Source: Macrostomum lignano (taxonomy: Eukaryota). Taken from it: a stretch of 64,000 nucleotides of DNA. This document shows, piece by piece, positions 51,501-63,019 of this stretch; the stretch's first letter is position 1, and each line of letters starts with the position of its first letter. Under the pieces are notes generated by a model. The model had not been told where the DNA came from. It ran no database searches and saw only the letters and a program-made list of their open reading frames with translations. The translations under genes were made by a program, and so were the position numbers. The stretch lies in the NCBI GenBank assembly GCA_002269645.1, contig NIVC01001350.1:166177-230176 (forward strand). Reading direction: 5' to 3'.

Positions 51501-52932
51501 TGAAATCAGCTACTGACAAACTTTGCTAAAGCAGTTTTCACTAGGGTGCACAGAAATCCGCATTCAAGGTTTGCGTCACCCGCGTCGACGTCAGGCTGCG
51601 CAGCCTGAAATTCATTTTTTTCGTTCGTCGAGCCTCATCTGTCACTGTCAACACAGCCTCTCTGCCTCTCCCTCCCCACGGCAGTCAATATTGGCTGTAC
51701 AGTTTCTCTGGAAATGTCAAGGGGCAGAGAATAGACAGCCATCTCGATCCATTTTCGTTCAGGGTTTCGAATGCATTGCAAATATGGTAGGTACTGTTGG
51801 CATAGGGTTCGCGGGTCTCGCAGCCCGTAGCGACCCGGCCTATCTGGCAGCTGCTCGGTTACGCAATATCGCGACCCACACCCACTCTCCGAATACCCCA
51901 TCTGCTCTGCTCGCCCTCCGCCCTCACCCAACCCGCCTTTCTCCAACTGTACTCACTGGAGGCAGAGAAGACTGGAGCTGGGCAGAGTTGAAAAAAATCG
52001 TCTTCATCGCTTTCTACATTCTCTCGTCCATGGGTCCTGGGTGCTGGGGGTGTTCTACAGTCTAGAGTCCTAGACCTCACTTCCTTCTTTTTCTGTCTGT
52101 AAGATCCTCCAATAACGCGCCCAGACCGCTCATAGCTGTCTGTGTCTGCTAATGAACGTGCTCACGAGATACACAACACAGACAAAGGACGACTTAACTT
52201 ACGCAGGTCTTGTAGGGGCCGAGATAGGAAGGCGGGAAGAGAAGGGGGCTACGCGCGCGTGAGCGGAGCGGCTCCGACTGTGTGACTCACTGCACGGGAA
52301 CGGCGCAGAGTGAGTGAGAGCCGCAGAGAGAGAGAGAGACAGAACCGATAGGAGAGACGGCCCAGGGAAGGCCGTCTGGCCTACTGTTCAATCAGCCAGC
52401 AGCCAACCAAGACCTCACTAACTGGGTGGTCGCGGGCAGCCCCCCTTGCTGAACGAACCCCATGTGGCCTCGGGGCGGCAGGGGTGGGCAAGGTGGCAGT
52501 CGGTCGCAGCTTGCATTAGGCAATCACTGTGGAAGCCAAGCAAGTTGTTTTCTTCTGCAGAGAAGTGAAGAGGATAAAAAAGCAGGTCTTGAACACAATT
52601 CAACAGCAAAGTGAAGATAATCAGGACCAGGAGCTGAGAGATCACTCTCGCCTCTCGCATACCTAGCCGCAACAGCCAGACTTCCTCAGGCGAGGAACCA
52701 GTGGAGCTTAAGTGAACAATGAGTCTCTCTCCTGGCTGTGAAAATCTTTGCACAGGGAGCCCAAATTTCGGACAATTTCTAATGCAAACTGCGCAGCAAA
52801 TTTTTTTGCGTTAATTAAATTAGCTAAATTAGTTCTACACCTGCAAAGAAAAGGAAGCCAAAGCCTGGGCATCAGTGGCTGAGAAATGTCTGCTCAAGAC
52901 TGTAAAGAAGCAATAGAGGCCTAATCATCTGC

Positions 52933-55905
52933 ATGGCCTGCAAACTCTTGGCCCTGCTGGTGGCGGTGCTGCTCGCCCTGCGCTGTCTCGAGGGCGACTC
53001 CGCCGAGCTGCGCGCGGTGGAGGGCGGCAGCGTCCTGCTAGACTGCCGGATTCCATCGTCAACAGGAACGCCACGTTCAGACGCCTCAGCAGTGAAGCAG
53101 CTCAGCCTCACCAAGTCAAACAAGCTCGCGTTCGAGCGGCACGGCAATTTCCCGGCCAGCCTTGGCAGCGGCTACTTCCACCGGCTGACAGTCCAGTCTC
53201 CGTCATCACGGATGCATCGGTTCAACCTGACTCATCTCCGGGAGAGGGACGACGGCCTGTACTTATGCCGTGTTGAGCTTGAGAATGGTGACAACAGCGT
53301 CCAGGAATTTCATCTTCAACTTTGGCTGCTGCCGAAGTTCGAGGCGAATGAATCGGCTGTACTGACCAGGACTCTTCACAGACAGGCTGGCGAATACGTT
53401 GTACTTCGGTGCCCGAAGTTCCGCGGCCGGCCCCAGCCGACTGTCTCCTGGCTGGTCAACGAGTGTCCCCTGGCCAACCGAGGCCGGGTTCGCATCGACC
53501 GGCACTTGCCGGAACAGTTGCAGGTGTACAACCTCAACGTCAACGATTCTGGCAGGTACGCCTGTCGCATAGAAAACCCTTACGGAGTGAGCGAACTCGA
53601 CTTCACAGTTCTGGTCGGCGCCGGCGCCGCCTTCATTCACCGGCCGCCGCCGAGTCAAACAACGGCACTCGAAGGCGCCCGACTGGAACTGCCGTGCGGC
53701 TTCCACGCTGACCCAGGCCTGCGCGCTAGAGTCGATTGGCAGCGAGCCCAGCCGGGTTCAAAGCTCAAACTCTGGACGTCGCTTCTCTCATCGCCCGATG
53801 CGTCCGTCGCCGTAGGCCACCAGAACAGCTCTTTGATTTTCCCCGCACTGGACCACAGTCACTCCGGAACCTACCGGTGCCAAGTCATGGTTGGATCGGA
53901 GCTGCACTTGACAAGCCGGCCCAGCGCCGTCACTGTGCTGCATCCGCCGACTTTATTGCCGAATTCTAGTCGAGACCAGTTCCTGCCGCTCGGCCAGCCG
54001 GGCTCGCTCACCTGTCCCGTGTTCGCTAATCCGCCAGTTGATACCACAGACTGGATTCGCAACAGCTCGCCCATTGGAGCGGCCTACCTGGGCAGGCGCT
54101 ACCGGTTCAACCTGGTCACACCGTCGCACTCCGGCAGGTACCGCTGTCGCGCGCTTCAAACTGCCAGCAGTTTCAACACCTGGAGCTCCTGGACGCCCGA
54201 GTTTACTGTTCAGACAGTGCAGTCGCCTCGGTTCATCGCCCGACCGTTGGCGCTGTACCAACTGGCTCTGGGAGAGTCGGTGCGAATGCCCTGCGCATTC
54301 TGGGCACCTTCGAATGTCCCCACCGGCCTTGTCTGGCTGCGCAACGGTCGGCGCCTTGACTACCGGGACAGGAGACTCGCATACGACCCGCTGGACCAGG
54401 AGCTGTCCGTTCGGGACGTCCAACCCGACCTTGAGGGGACCTACACCTGCGCTCTGGAGAACCCCGTGTTGCCATTGGCTGCTTCAGCGCGTCTACTGGT
54501 GGAGCTCACCTCTCCGCACCCGCCAGCCAACCTGACAGTCGTCAGCGTGACGCCCTTCTCCCTGCACCTGACGTGGCAGCCGGCTTATGACGCGGGTTGC
54601 GCGGTGCACTACACCGTCTGGTACCGGCGCCTGGGCGACAAGACCTGGAATAGGCAGCTGGCAGACCCGCCAACGGCCACCGAGGCCACGGTGACCAAGC
54701 TGCTAGCCGACACGGCCTACGAGCTGTCGCTAACGTCAAAATCGGTTGGCAGTTCGGCACTGGAGATGCGAGTCCGGCCAGAGACGACAGCCGGCCGAAC
54801 GGCTGGCTATTCGCCTGAGCTGGCCGACCGGCCGCTGCCCCGGGATCGCTCTGGACGGCCCTGGTTCCCGCCAATACAGCGCAGCTTGGGGCCTCGGCCG
54901 GGTCCGCCTGTGCCAGCCAGCTTCGATGTCGTCAGTGCCGGCGTTCTGTGTATCGCTTGGCAACCGCCGATGAGCACCCCGGTGCCGGTGCTCTACTACC
55001 GGCTTGAGGTTGGCGTTTGGGACTCGAGAGACGGAAGCCTCGATAAGGGAGACAGCTGGGAAGAATTCGCGCAGGTGCTTCAGCCGAAGGCATCGCTGTC
55101 CATCGACGCCCAGCCGCTACTCCGAGTTCAAGCTGCTCAGGCGGCCGCTACTCAAAGACGATTTCGCATAGCGGCAACCTCGTGCGCCCTGCTCAGCCGG
55201 AGCCGCCGCGTTGTTGTCGCCGATGTCGATCCAAGCCAGCTGTCCGAGCTGCTGCCCGCCGGCTCTGCGGCCGCCGCCCTGGCCTCCACAGGCGTCAACC
55301 GAGTGCCAGCCGGAGCCGCCTGGGCGCTGCTGTCCTGCCTGCTCAGCTTCCTGGTGCTGGCAGGCGCCCTGCTCGGCCTGACGCGCTCGTCCGCTCGCCG
55401 TTCGCCACGACGCATCGTTGTTGTCAACAAAAATGACGACGGCAGTCAACAGCGTCGAGGGAAACTCAACAAGCAGCACACGGCGGCTGACTTCTTGGCG
55501 GCGGAACCGCGGGGACGTCAGCCGCAGCTGCGTCGCCACCGATGTCGCACTCGACGCTGCTGCTGCCGTCAGCAACAGCTGGCAGCCACGGGCGCCTCCA
55601 GCGAGCACCCATTGCTGATGGCGTCAAGGCGCGGCCAGGTGGACAGGCCGGTCAGCGAGCCGGAGTCCGGCTTCCTGAGCGACGGCCGCGGAGGCGGCAG
55701 CCACTCAGACGATGAATGTCCGCCCGAAGCCAACGACGATGAGGTCAGCGTGTCGGACATTGAGTCGACTCTGCCGCCGGGCAGCTGGCAGGTGCACGGC
55801 TGGTCTCGACGGCTTCCCATTAGCGTCTATTTGGACAGCTACCACCGGATCAAGCGGCTGCGCAGGGCCAGTTTTCCGATTTATCGAGAGAGCGAACTAC
55901 TATGA
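52933..55905 (+). CDS. IGSF9: Turtle/IgSF9-like cell-adhesion receptor, 990 aa, single coding exon
   Basis: Signal peptide; five Ig domains (C...W...D/SGxYxC); two FN3; TM AWALLSCLLSFLVLAGALLGL; cytoplasmic tail. FLPLGQPGSLTCPVFANPPV and PHPPANLTV...LTWQPAYDAG...YTVWYR are turtle/IgSF9-like; the chain ends -LL. Confidence 0.85.
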   Translation: MACKLLALLVAVLLALRCLEGDSAELRAVEGGSVLLDCRIPSSTGTPRSDASAVKQLSLTKSNKLAFERHGNFPASLGSGYFHRLTVQSPSSRMHRFNLTHLRERDDGLYLCRVELENGDNSVQEFHLQLWLLPKFEANESAVLTRTLHRQAGEYVVLRCPKFRGRPQPTVSWLVNECPLANRGRVRIDRHLPEQLQVYNLNVNDSGRYACRIENPYGVSELDFTVLVGAGAAFIHRPPPSQTTALEGARLELPCGFHADPGLRARVDWQRAQPGSKLKLWTSLLSSPDASVAVGHQNSSLIFPALDHSHSGTYRCQVMVGSELHLTSRPSAVTVLHPPTLLPNSSRDQFLPLGQPGSLTCPVFANPPVDTTDWIRNSSPIGAAYLGRRYRFNLVTPSHSGRYRCRALQTASSFNTWSSWTPEFTVQTVQSPRFIARPLALYQLALGESVRMPCAFWAPSNVPTGLVWLRNGRRLDYRDRRLAYDPLDQELSVRDVQPDLEGTYTCALENPVLPLAASARLLVELTSPHPPANLTVVSVTPFSLHLTWQPAYDAGCAVHYTVWYRRLGDKTWNRQLADPPTATEATVTKLLADTAYELSLTSKSVGSSALEMRVRPETTAGRTAGYSPELADRPLPRDRSGRPWFPPIQRSLGPRPGPPVPASFDVVSAGVLCIAWQPPMSTPVPVLYYRLEVGVWDSRDGSLDKGDSWEEFAQVLQPKASLSIDAQPLLRVQAAQAAATQRRFRIAATSCALLSRSRRVVVADVDPSQLSELLPAGSAAAALASTGVNRVPAGAAWALLSCLLSFLVLAGALLGLTRSSARRSPRRIVVVNKNDDGSQQRRGKLNKQHTAADFLAAEPRGRQPQLRRHRCRTRRCCCRQQQLAATGASSEHPLLMASRRGQVDRPVSEPESGFLSDGRGGGSHSDDECPPEANDDEVSVSDIESTLPPGSWQVHGWSRRLPISVYLDSYHRIKRLRRASFPIYRESELL

Positions 55906-56176
55906 GTAGGCTGGGTGCGCGCATGTGCATAATAACTTGTAATTCACTATTTATCAGTCAATACTCAAATACGCTGTTGGGTACTGTCATAGCTCAAGCT
56001 CACGTACTTTGCATCCGTTTTAGTGCTATAATTTCTATTTGTATTTACATGATCCTAGCTATGCAGGAAGGCTAAATATAATGCAATTAAACTCTTTTCT
56101 GTATCTTTTTTAAACCGATTTGTATTGCTTTTGACAAAACAGAACAACATAAACAAACTGGAACTTACAGAACGTC

Positions 56177-56961
<785 letters not shown>

Positions 56962-57711
56962 TTGAAATATCTCTGATTTTCTCTGATTTTTGTTCTTTGC
57001 TTCAGCTTATTAAAACCTGTTAAAAACAGAATGGAAAGGCAGCTGATGACCCGAATCGGTGCATAGAGAACTCATTTCTCTGGGGTAAGGTCGGCACAGA
57101 CACTGTACAAAACTTCTCTTCACTCAAGACCAGCTGTTGTCTGCTAGCGTTTAAGAGCTAAAAAATAGCAAACCACGGCAGAACAATGGGGCGCACACGC
57201 AGAGTGCTTCGGCAAGCTTTAGAACAGCCCAATGCATTTCTCGGTCCCACCCACCCCGTGTGAGCGCTGGCTTGTGTACTCCGGCGCTGGAGCCTCATTG
57301 GACTGCACTGCACTGAGAAGCTGAGCTGCAGCGCTCAGGGTGAGAGTGATTCCAGCCAGCTGCAGACAGAGGAGCAGAGCGAGGGAAAGGAAGGTGGCTG
57401 CAGAGCGGCCCCCGCCTCGGTTCTTTTCTCTCCCCGCAACCAACCCCCCTCCGTGCGCCTATATTTGAGTAAAGGGGATTATTGAGCTCAGTCACTTCCT
57501 AGTTTTGAATTCCACTCTAAAGGCTGCCACTCCACTGCAGATTGTTCTGACAATAATGTAAGCTTAGCCACTGTTGAGCCGCCGTCAAAATTCTCAGTTC
57601 AAAGCGATGTCGTCAGACTGCCAGAGCCTCCGCAGCAGCCGGACGGGCACGCACGAGCCGATCTGCAGCCTCGCCACCCGGCCCTGCTGGATCGAGTTCG
57701 GCGCCAGCCTC

Positions 57712-60700
57712 TTCTTCTTCTTCTTCTTCCCTTTTGTCGCCGTGTGGCATGGGCAGTCTTCGGGGTCTCTCGTCAGCAGTCCTTGCAGGTGCGTAGGTGG
57801 CGTGCCATGTTCGTCGCGGCGAGCGTGCGCCCACAACCTTCGCATTGTTTAGTTTTCGCTCGGTACTTCCTCTCACCTCCGGGGACCGTGTCTCTTCCCG
57901 CGTTGTACCGCAGGTTTTGCGGTGTCTCGCTAGGTTTGATTTCGATATTTCTCGAGCACAGGTCGCGCATTTTACGCGGTTTCCTCCCACTTCTCTCTCT
58001 CCTCCGCAGACCTTTACGTGGTTTAACCACGTTGCCTCTTGTCTGAACTGCTTCTCGCATTTTACGCACTTGAACGTTACTGGTTCTTCTATCTTGCGGT
58101 GCATCCTCTTTTGGTGAATGGTCAGGCCTGCTTTGCTTTTGCACTCCTTTCCGCAGTCTTCGTATTCACATATGAATGTTCTTGTTTTCTCCTGTTTCTG
58201 TTTGTCGTTCCTTTCGATGTTCCTTGCTTCTGCCTTCTTTCCTTGTTGTTGTTCCCATCTCTTGAGGTGGCTTATGCTTTCTTGAACAATTTTACGCCAT
58301 TTCTGGCGGTCGGTTGCTAGTCTCTCTGTCATTTCCGGCTCGATCCCTGCTTGGCGTAGTAGTCGCTTCCAGTATTCGATGGTGTTACCTTTTCTCTTAC
58401 GTGTTTTCCTTATCTTTTCCAGACCCTTGTACCATCCGAGAACCATCTTTTTCGTTAGGCGGTTCGCCTCCATGCGAAGCACATGTCCGATGCGGATCAG
58501 GTGGCTCTTCTCAATCTTTGTTTGTATTGTCGTTACTTCTAGTTCATTGCGAATGTCCTGCATATTTATTCCTTTTGCCTCCATTTCCCTTAGTGGTTCC
58601 ATTTTCCTGCTGCTCCATATCTGCCGGTAGATTCGGTCCATGAAGCTTTGTAGTTGCTTCGTTTCTGACTTCAGGAATGGGCGTATGTTCGCGTGGAATA
58701 GCAGGATGCTCTCTATACAGGCTTCAACGACCTTCGCTTGCGTGGTCTTTTTCAACCTGCACTTGATGAAACGTCTACGGATCGTCGACCAGCTTCTCGC
58801 CGCTTTTTGCAATCTCTGGCTCGTGTCGTACTTCGTGTCCGTCCATGATCCTAGCATGCGTACTTTTCCTCCCTCTCTGGTTCCGAATATCATTACCTCT
58901 TGCTTTTTGTCGTTCGTTTGTTCTTCGAATCCTGTCATTATTTCTTTCGTCGACTCTAGGCCCGCGCTGAGTTCCTTGCGGTTGCCTAGGATAGTGGTGT
59001 CGTCTGCAAATAGAACTGTCCTGATGAGTTCGGTTTTGGTCTCCGAGTTTGGCTGGTTTCTTCGCTGAGGTGGGAGTGAGCTTCCTGGGAGGTATGTCCA
59101 TTCAATTCCACATATTTGCTCTTTCTCCTTTGCTGTTTGTGTTCTTTTCTCCTCAACTTCCCTGATGCATGCTTGGTGAAAGATATTAAATAGAACTGGG
59201 GATGTCGGGCATCCTTCGCGTAGTCCTCTTTCTGGCAACCACGATTCACTGGACTGTTTCTTTCCTTTCACTTTAAACTCCGTGTATTCATGAAGGTCCT
59301 TCAATTTGTCAATCACTTTTTCCGGCAGGGCGTACTTCTGTAGTATCCCCCAAAGTACCGGTTTGCTGACTCTGGGGTATGCTTTCCGGAGGTCTAGGAG
59401 AAATGCTAGTTGGTCTTCTTCGAGGTTGCAGTCTCCTACGGCGTTTTTCGCCTGGCGGTATTCTGTTATGTCTTCTTGTATACGGATGATTATCTGGGTG
59501 CTGTCTGCCGTTGATCGGTTGGCTCTAAAGCCATTCTGATTGTCGTCAAGCGCCCCGACTCGTTCTGCCCAGTCCCGTAACCTTGAGGCGATGATTCTTG
59601 CCAATATGCGACTTAGCATCGGCAGGAGGCACACTCCTCGGTAATTGTTAAGGTCGGTCCTGTCCCCTTTCTTAAAGAGTGGTATGATAAGGCCTACCTT
59701 CTCACTGGCTTCCCAGTGCCACGCTCGGTGTTCGTATAGATATCGGATTCTTTCCGGACAGCTTCTCTAACTTCTTCGGGCCCTTCCTTAAGGTAGCGCA
59801 GGCGTACTTCGTCCTCTCCGGGCTTTTGTCCCTCATTTCTTTGATTGCTCTATCGATCTCCGCGTCGCTCGGTGTGTCGCTGAGTTCTTTGTATTCTTCC
59901 TTGCTAATGGTTTTACTTCCCGCTGGGGTTTTGAGGTTTCTAATGAGCTCTGCGATCTTCTCCGGTTCGTTCTCCATTCTTGTTTTCTGTATGTTTTCTA
60001 GGTGTTCCTTGAATTCTTGTTCGTCGATATTCGTGCCTCTTTCACTATTGTTGAAGGCCGTGCCTCTTTTGTCTAGGAGTCGGAGTTTGTCGTATACCAA
60101 CGCTATTTGTCCTTTGTCTGCTGCGTTTCTACATTCGTCGGCCAGTTGATCCCACCACTGTTCTTCCCACTCACTCACCGTGTTTTTTTGGGTTTTTCGT
60201 GTTTTTCTCAGCGCCTCTTCTGCTCTCTTCGTCTGCTCGCTTCTCGGGCCGTGGGTTTCCCTGGCCCTGTTCCTCTGTTGGAGTCTTACAGCCAATTCTT
60301 CATGCAGCCTCTTTAGGTCGTTTTCGTGGGATGACATCCACGGATTTGTTTGTCGGTTCGCTGGTCCGCAAATCGACTTTGCACTCTCCACGATTATTCT
60401 TTGCACTTCTGTCCATGGTGCTTGTTCTCTTTCCTCCTTGTTCTCCTTCCACGTTTGCATTCTTCTTTCCACCTCTTTTTTGAATTTCGTTGCGTTCTCT
60501 TCGTCATAGAGCTTCTTCCAGTTGATGCCTTGATTACTTCTCCTGTACAGTCTTTTTGCGTTCGGTCTTTTTCCTGTGTCGGCTACGCCCCTGATTATTA
60601 ATGTCTTTGGGATGTGGTCGGACAGTGCACAGCCGTTGTGATTTTTTATTGATTTTATGATTTTATTACGGTCCTCTGCTCTTGTCGCGAATCCATCAAT

Positions 60701-61792
60701 TTCGTACCATCTTCCGTTACTTGGGTTCTGCCATGTCCCTCGTCGTTTTTGGTGGTAGAACGAGTTTACCCATGCGAGGTCGTTGGATGTCAACCAGTTC
60801 ACTAGGTCTTCTCCCTGCTTATTTGTTGTCTCCAAGCCAAATTTCCCTCTGTTTGATGTTGGTTTTTCTGAGTTTTTGCCAATCTGAGCATTGAAATCTC
60901 CTCCTATAATCAGTGGTCTTGGTGTCTTATCCACATGGATGTACCGTTCAATCTCATGTCGGAGTGCAGCCAGCTCTGTTTCGTATTGTTGACTGCCCAT
61001 GACCGGACTATAGATGCTGATGATTGATAACTTGTAGATTTCAAGCATAACCGCTCTCTCGCACCTCGTTACCTTTGCTCCGCTCTCTCTCCAGATGGGT
61101 GTGCCATTCGTCATTGAGTACAATTCCCGCTTTCCTGCTGTGAATCAGGTGGACATTCTTTCCTTTTTGGTGGTAGCTTCTTATTCCATCGTCTGGTGCT
61201 CTAAGTTCTGAGATTAGAGTGATTTGCCAGTTCTCTGTCATTATTTTCTTCGTTATCTCTCCGAAGCGTCTGTCCAGGATGTTAGCTCTCTGCACGTTCC
61301 ATGTTGTGATTCGAGTCTCCTCTTCAAGTCTCTTCTGTCTGCGGTTCTTCTCGTTTTGCTTCCTTCTTGTCCTTCTTTCTTTCCGTCTTTCATTTCTCCT
61401 CTTCTTCCATTCACTTGTCTTTTTTTTTGGTTTGCGCTCGTTTTTATTCGTTTTTGTTTGTTTTTTAGGTGCTTCCTGTGCTCTCGGTCCCGGATTCTTT
61501 TCAATAGTTCTTTAGTCTTATTCTTATTATTTCTGCAAGGTGTCTCTTCTTCTTCTTGATGTTGGTCCTGCTTGTTCTCTTTCTCTTCTCATCCCCGTCT
61601 CGACTGTGGTTGGCCTGGTGTTGTGCGGCAGCTAGGTCGGCCATGGCTACCTGCCGTTGCTGAAAAGGGCCGGTTGCACAGTTCCGACTTGCGTCGTGGG
61701 CTGGGCTCCGTGCCGGATTCCCTCTGTGTCTTCTTTGCCAGGATGCGTGACCGCATCCTGTCCGCTTGTCACCTCGGGAAGGTGAGACACAA
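57712..61792 (-). mobile_element. Full-length (4081 bp) RTE-like non-LTR retrotransposon: APE endonuclease, RT and C-terminal zinc fingers
   Basis: 14-bp TSD TCGGCGCCAGCCTC (57698-57711, 61793-61806); (GAA)n 3' tail. APE motifs TWNV, LISEL, GGDFNAQIG, YEIDGF, SDH; RT motifs QNGFRANRSTAD, DLRKAYPRV, GLREGCPTSPVLFN, LFADD; four CxxC/CxxxxC..H..H/C fingers. Confidence 0.96.
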
Positions 61793-62344
61793 TCGGCGCC
61801 AGCCTCATCAGCATCGTCCTCGGCATCGTCTGCGTCCTGGCCGGCGCCGCAACGACAGCAGCGCCGTGTCGGCAACCATCGGCGACAGCGGCGCCTCAGT
61901 TGGCGCCAAAGCCGCAACCTACCTGGGTGTGGCGCTATTGATTCTCGGCGCACTGCTCATGCTCGTCTTCGGACTGCACTTCCGGCTGGTGAAGCGACAG
62001 CTCGACCGTGACGCCTGCTGCGCTGCGCTCGGCTGGGCATCGGCCGGCAGCAGCAGGTACTCCGCCCTGCCCGATCTGCCCGCGCGGCCCGCCATCGCCG
62101 CCCTGACAGCTGCACCAGCGGGCTCCGACGGCTGCACCAACCCGGCTTTCGTCGGCGTCTCAACTAGCGAGTACCCGGACGTCGCGGACTCGAGGCCTCC
62201 GGCCGGCTCCGGAGAGTCTTTCTCGTCGGCGTCCACAAGCGGCATTGGCAGCTGCAGTCCAGCGAGCAGCAGCAGTGGTGGCAGCCTTGCCGAACCGTGG
62301 TACAGCTCTCGCCGTGAACAACTGCAGCAGCACGAACGGCATGC

Positions 62345-62712
62345 AGCACCAGCCAGCCCCACCAGCCCAGCACCAGCAGCACCGAGCAGCACCAGCAGCA
62401 CCAGCAGCACCAGCAGCACCAGCAGCACCAGCAGCACCACCAGCACCAGCAGCACCAGCAGCACCAGCAGCACCAGCAGCACCAGCAGCACCAGCAGCAC
62501 CAGCAGCACCACAGCAGCACCAGCAGCAGCGCACCAGCAGCACAGCAGCAGTACCTGCAGCAGCACCAGAAGCACCAGCAGCACCAGCAGCACCAGCAGC
62601 ACCAGCAGCCACCAGCAGCACCAGCAGCACCAGCAGCACCAGCAGCACCAGCAGCACCAGCAGCACCAGCAGCACCAGCAGCACAAGCAGCACCAGCAGC
62701 ACCAGCAGCCTC
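62345..62712. repeat. 9-bp (CAGCAGCAC)n repeat inside the 2-TM gene coding region
   Basis: Directly visible; read as poly-SST then poly-QQH. Confidence 0.96.
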
Positions 62713-63019
62713 AGCCTCTTCCGGCACCACAGCACAGGTCAAAGTTTGCTGCCTATGGATACAGATCTTCACAGATATAATGGAGTCTTACTCTTGGACG
62801 TCCAGATCGTGATGCTATAAGCTTTCTCATTGTGCTGCGACCTTTCTGATGCGTTCTTAGAGCAGTGCTGCTGTGCTGACTCAATTGACAGCTATTTTCT
62901 AATTGAGTCAATGACCCACTGACCGAATAATTGTAGACTCAAGCGTGCTTGATCAATATATATCAACAGTATGATGAACATTGAGTCACGATCAACGACC
63001 AACCAATCCATTCTCATCT

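Larger units (their letters stand above)
57607..62780 (+). pseudogene. Two-transmembrane orphan membrane-protein gene disrupted by a LINE insertion
   Basis: ATG 57607 MSSDCQ...WIEFGASL reads on, after removing the LINE and one TSD copy, into ISIVLGIVCVLAGA (61807-). After a 1-nt slip (~61848) it continues NDSSAVS...ATYLGVALLILGALLMLVFGLHFRLVKR...NPAF...RSSQI* (62780). Confidence 0.8.

Noticed and set aside
51950-52010. Possible minus-strand first exon MKTIFFNSAQLQSSLPP|GTGAGT divergent from IgSF9
   Set aside because: Only a donor-like motif supports it; downstream candidate exons (49945-50151 etc.) show no recognisable product.
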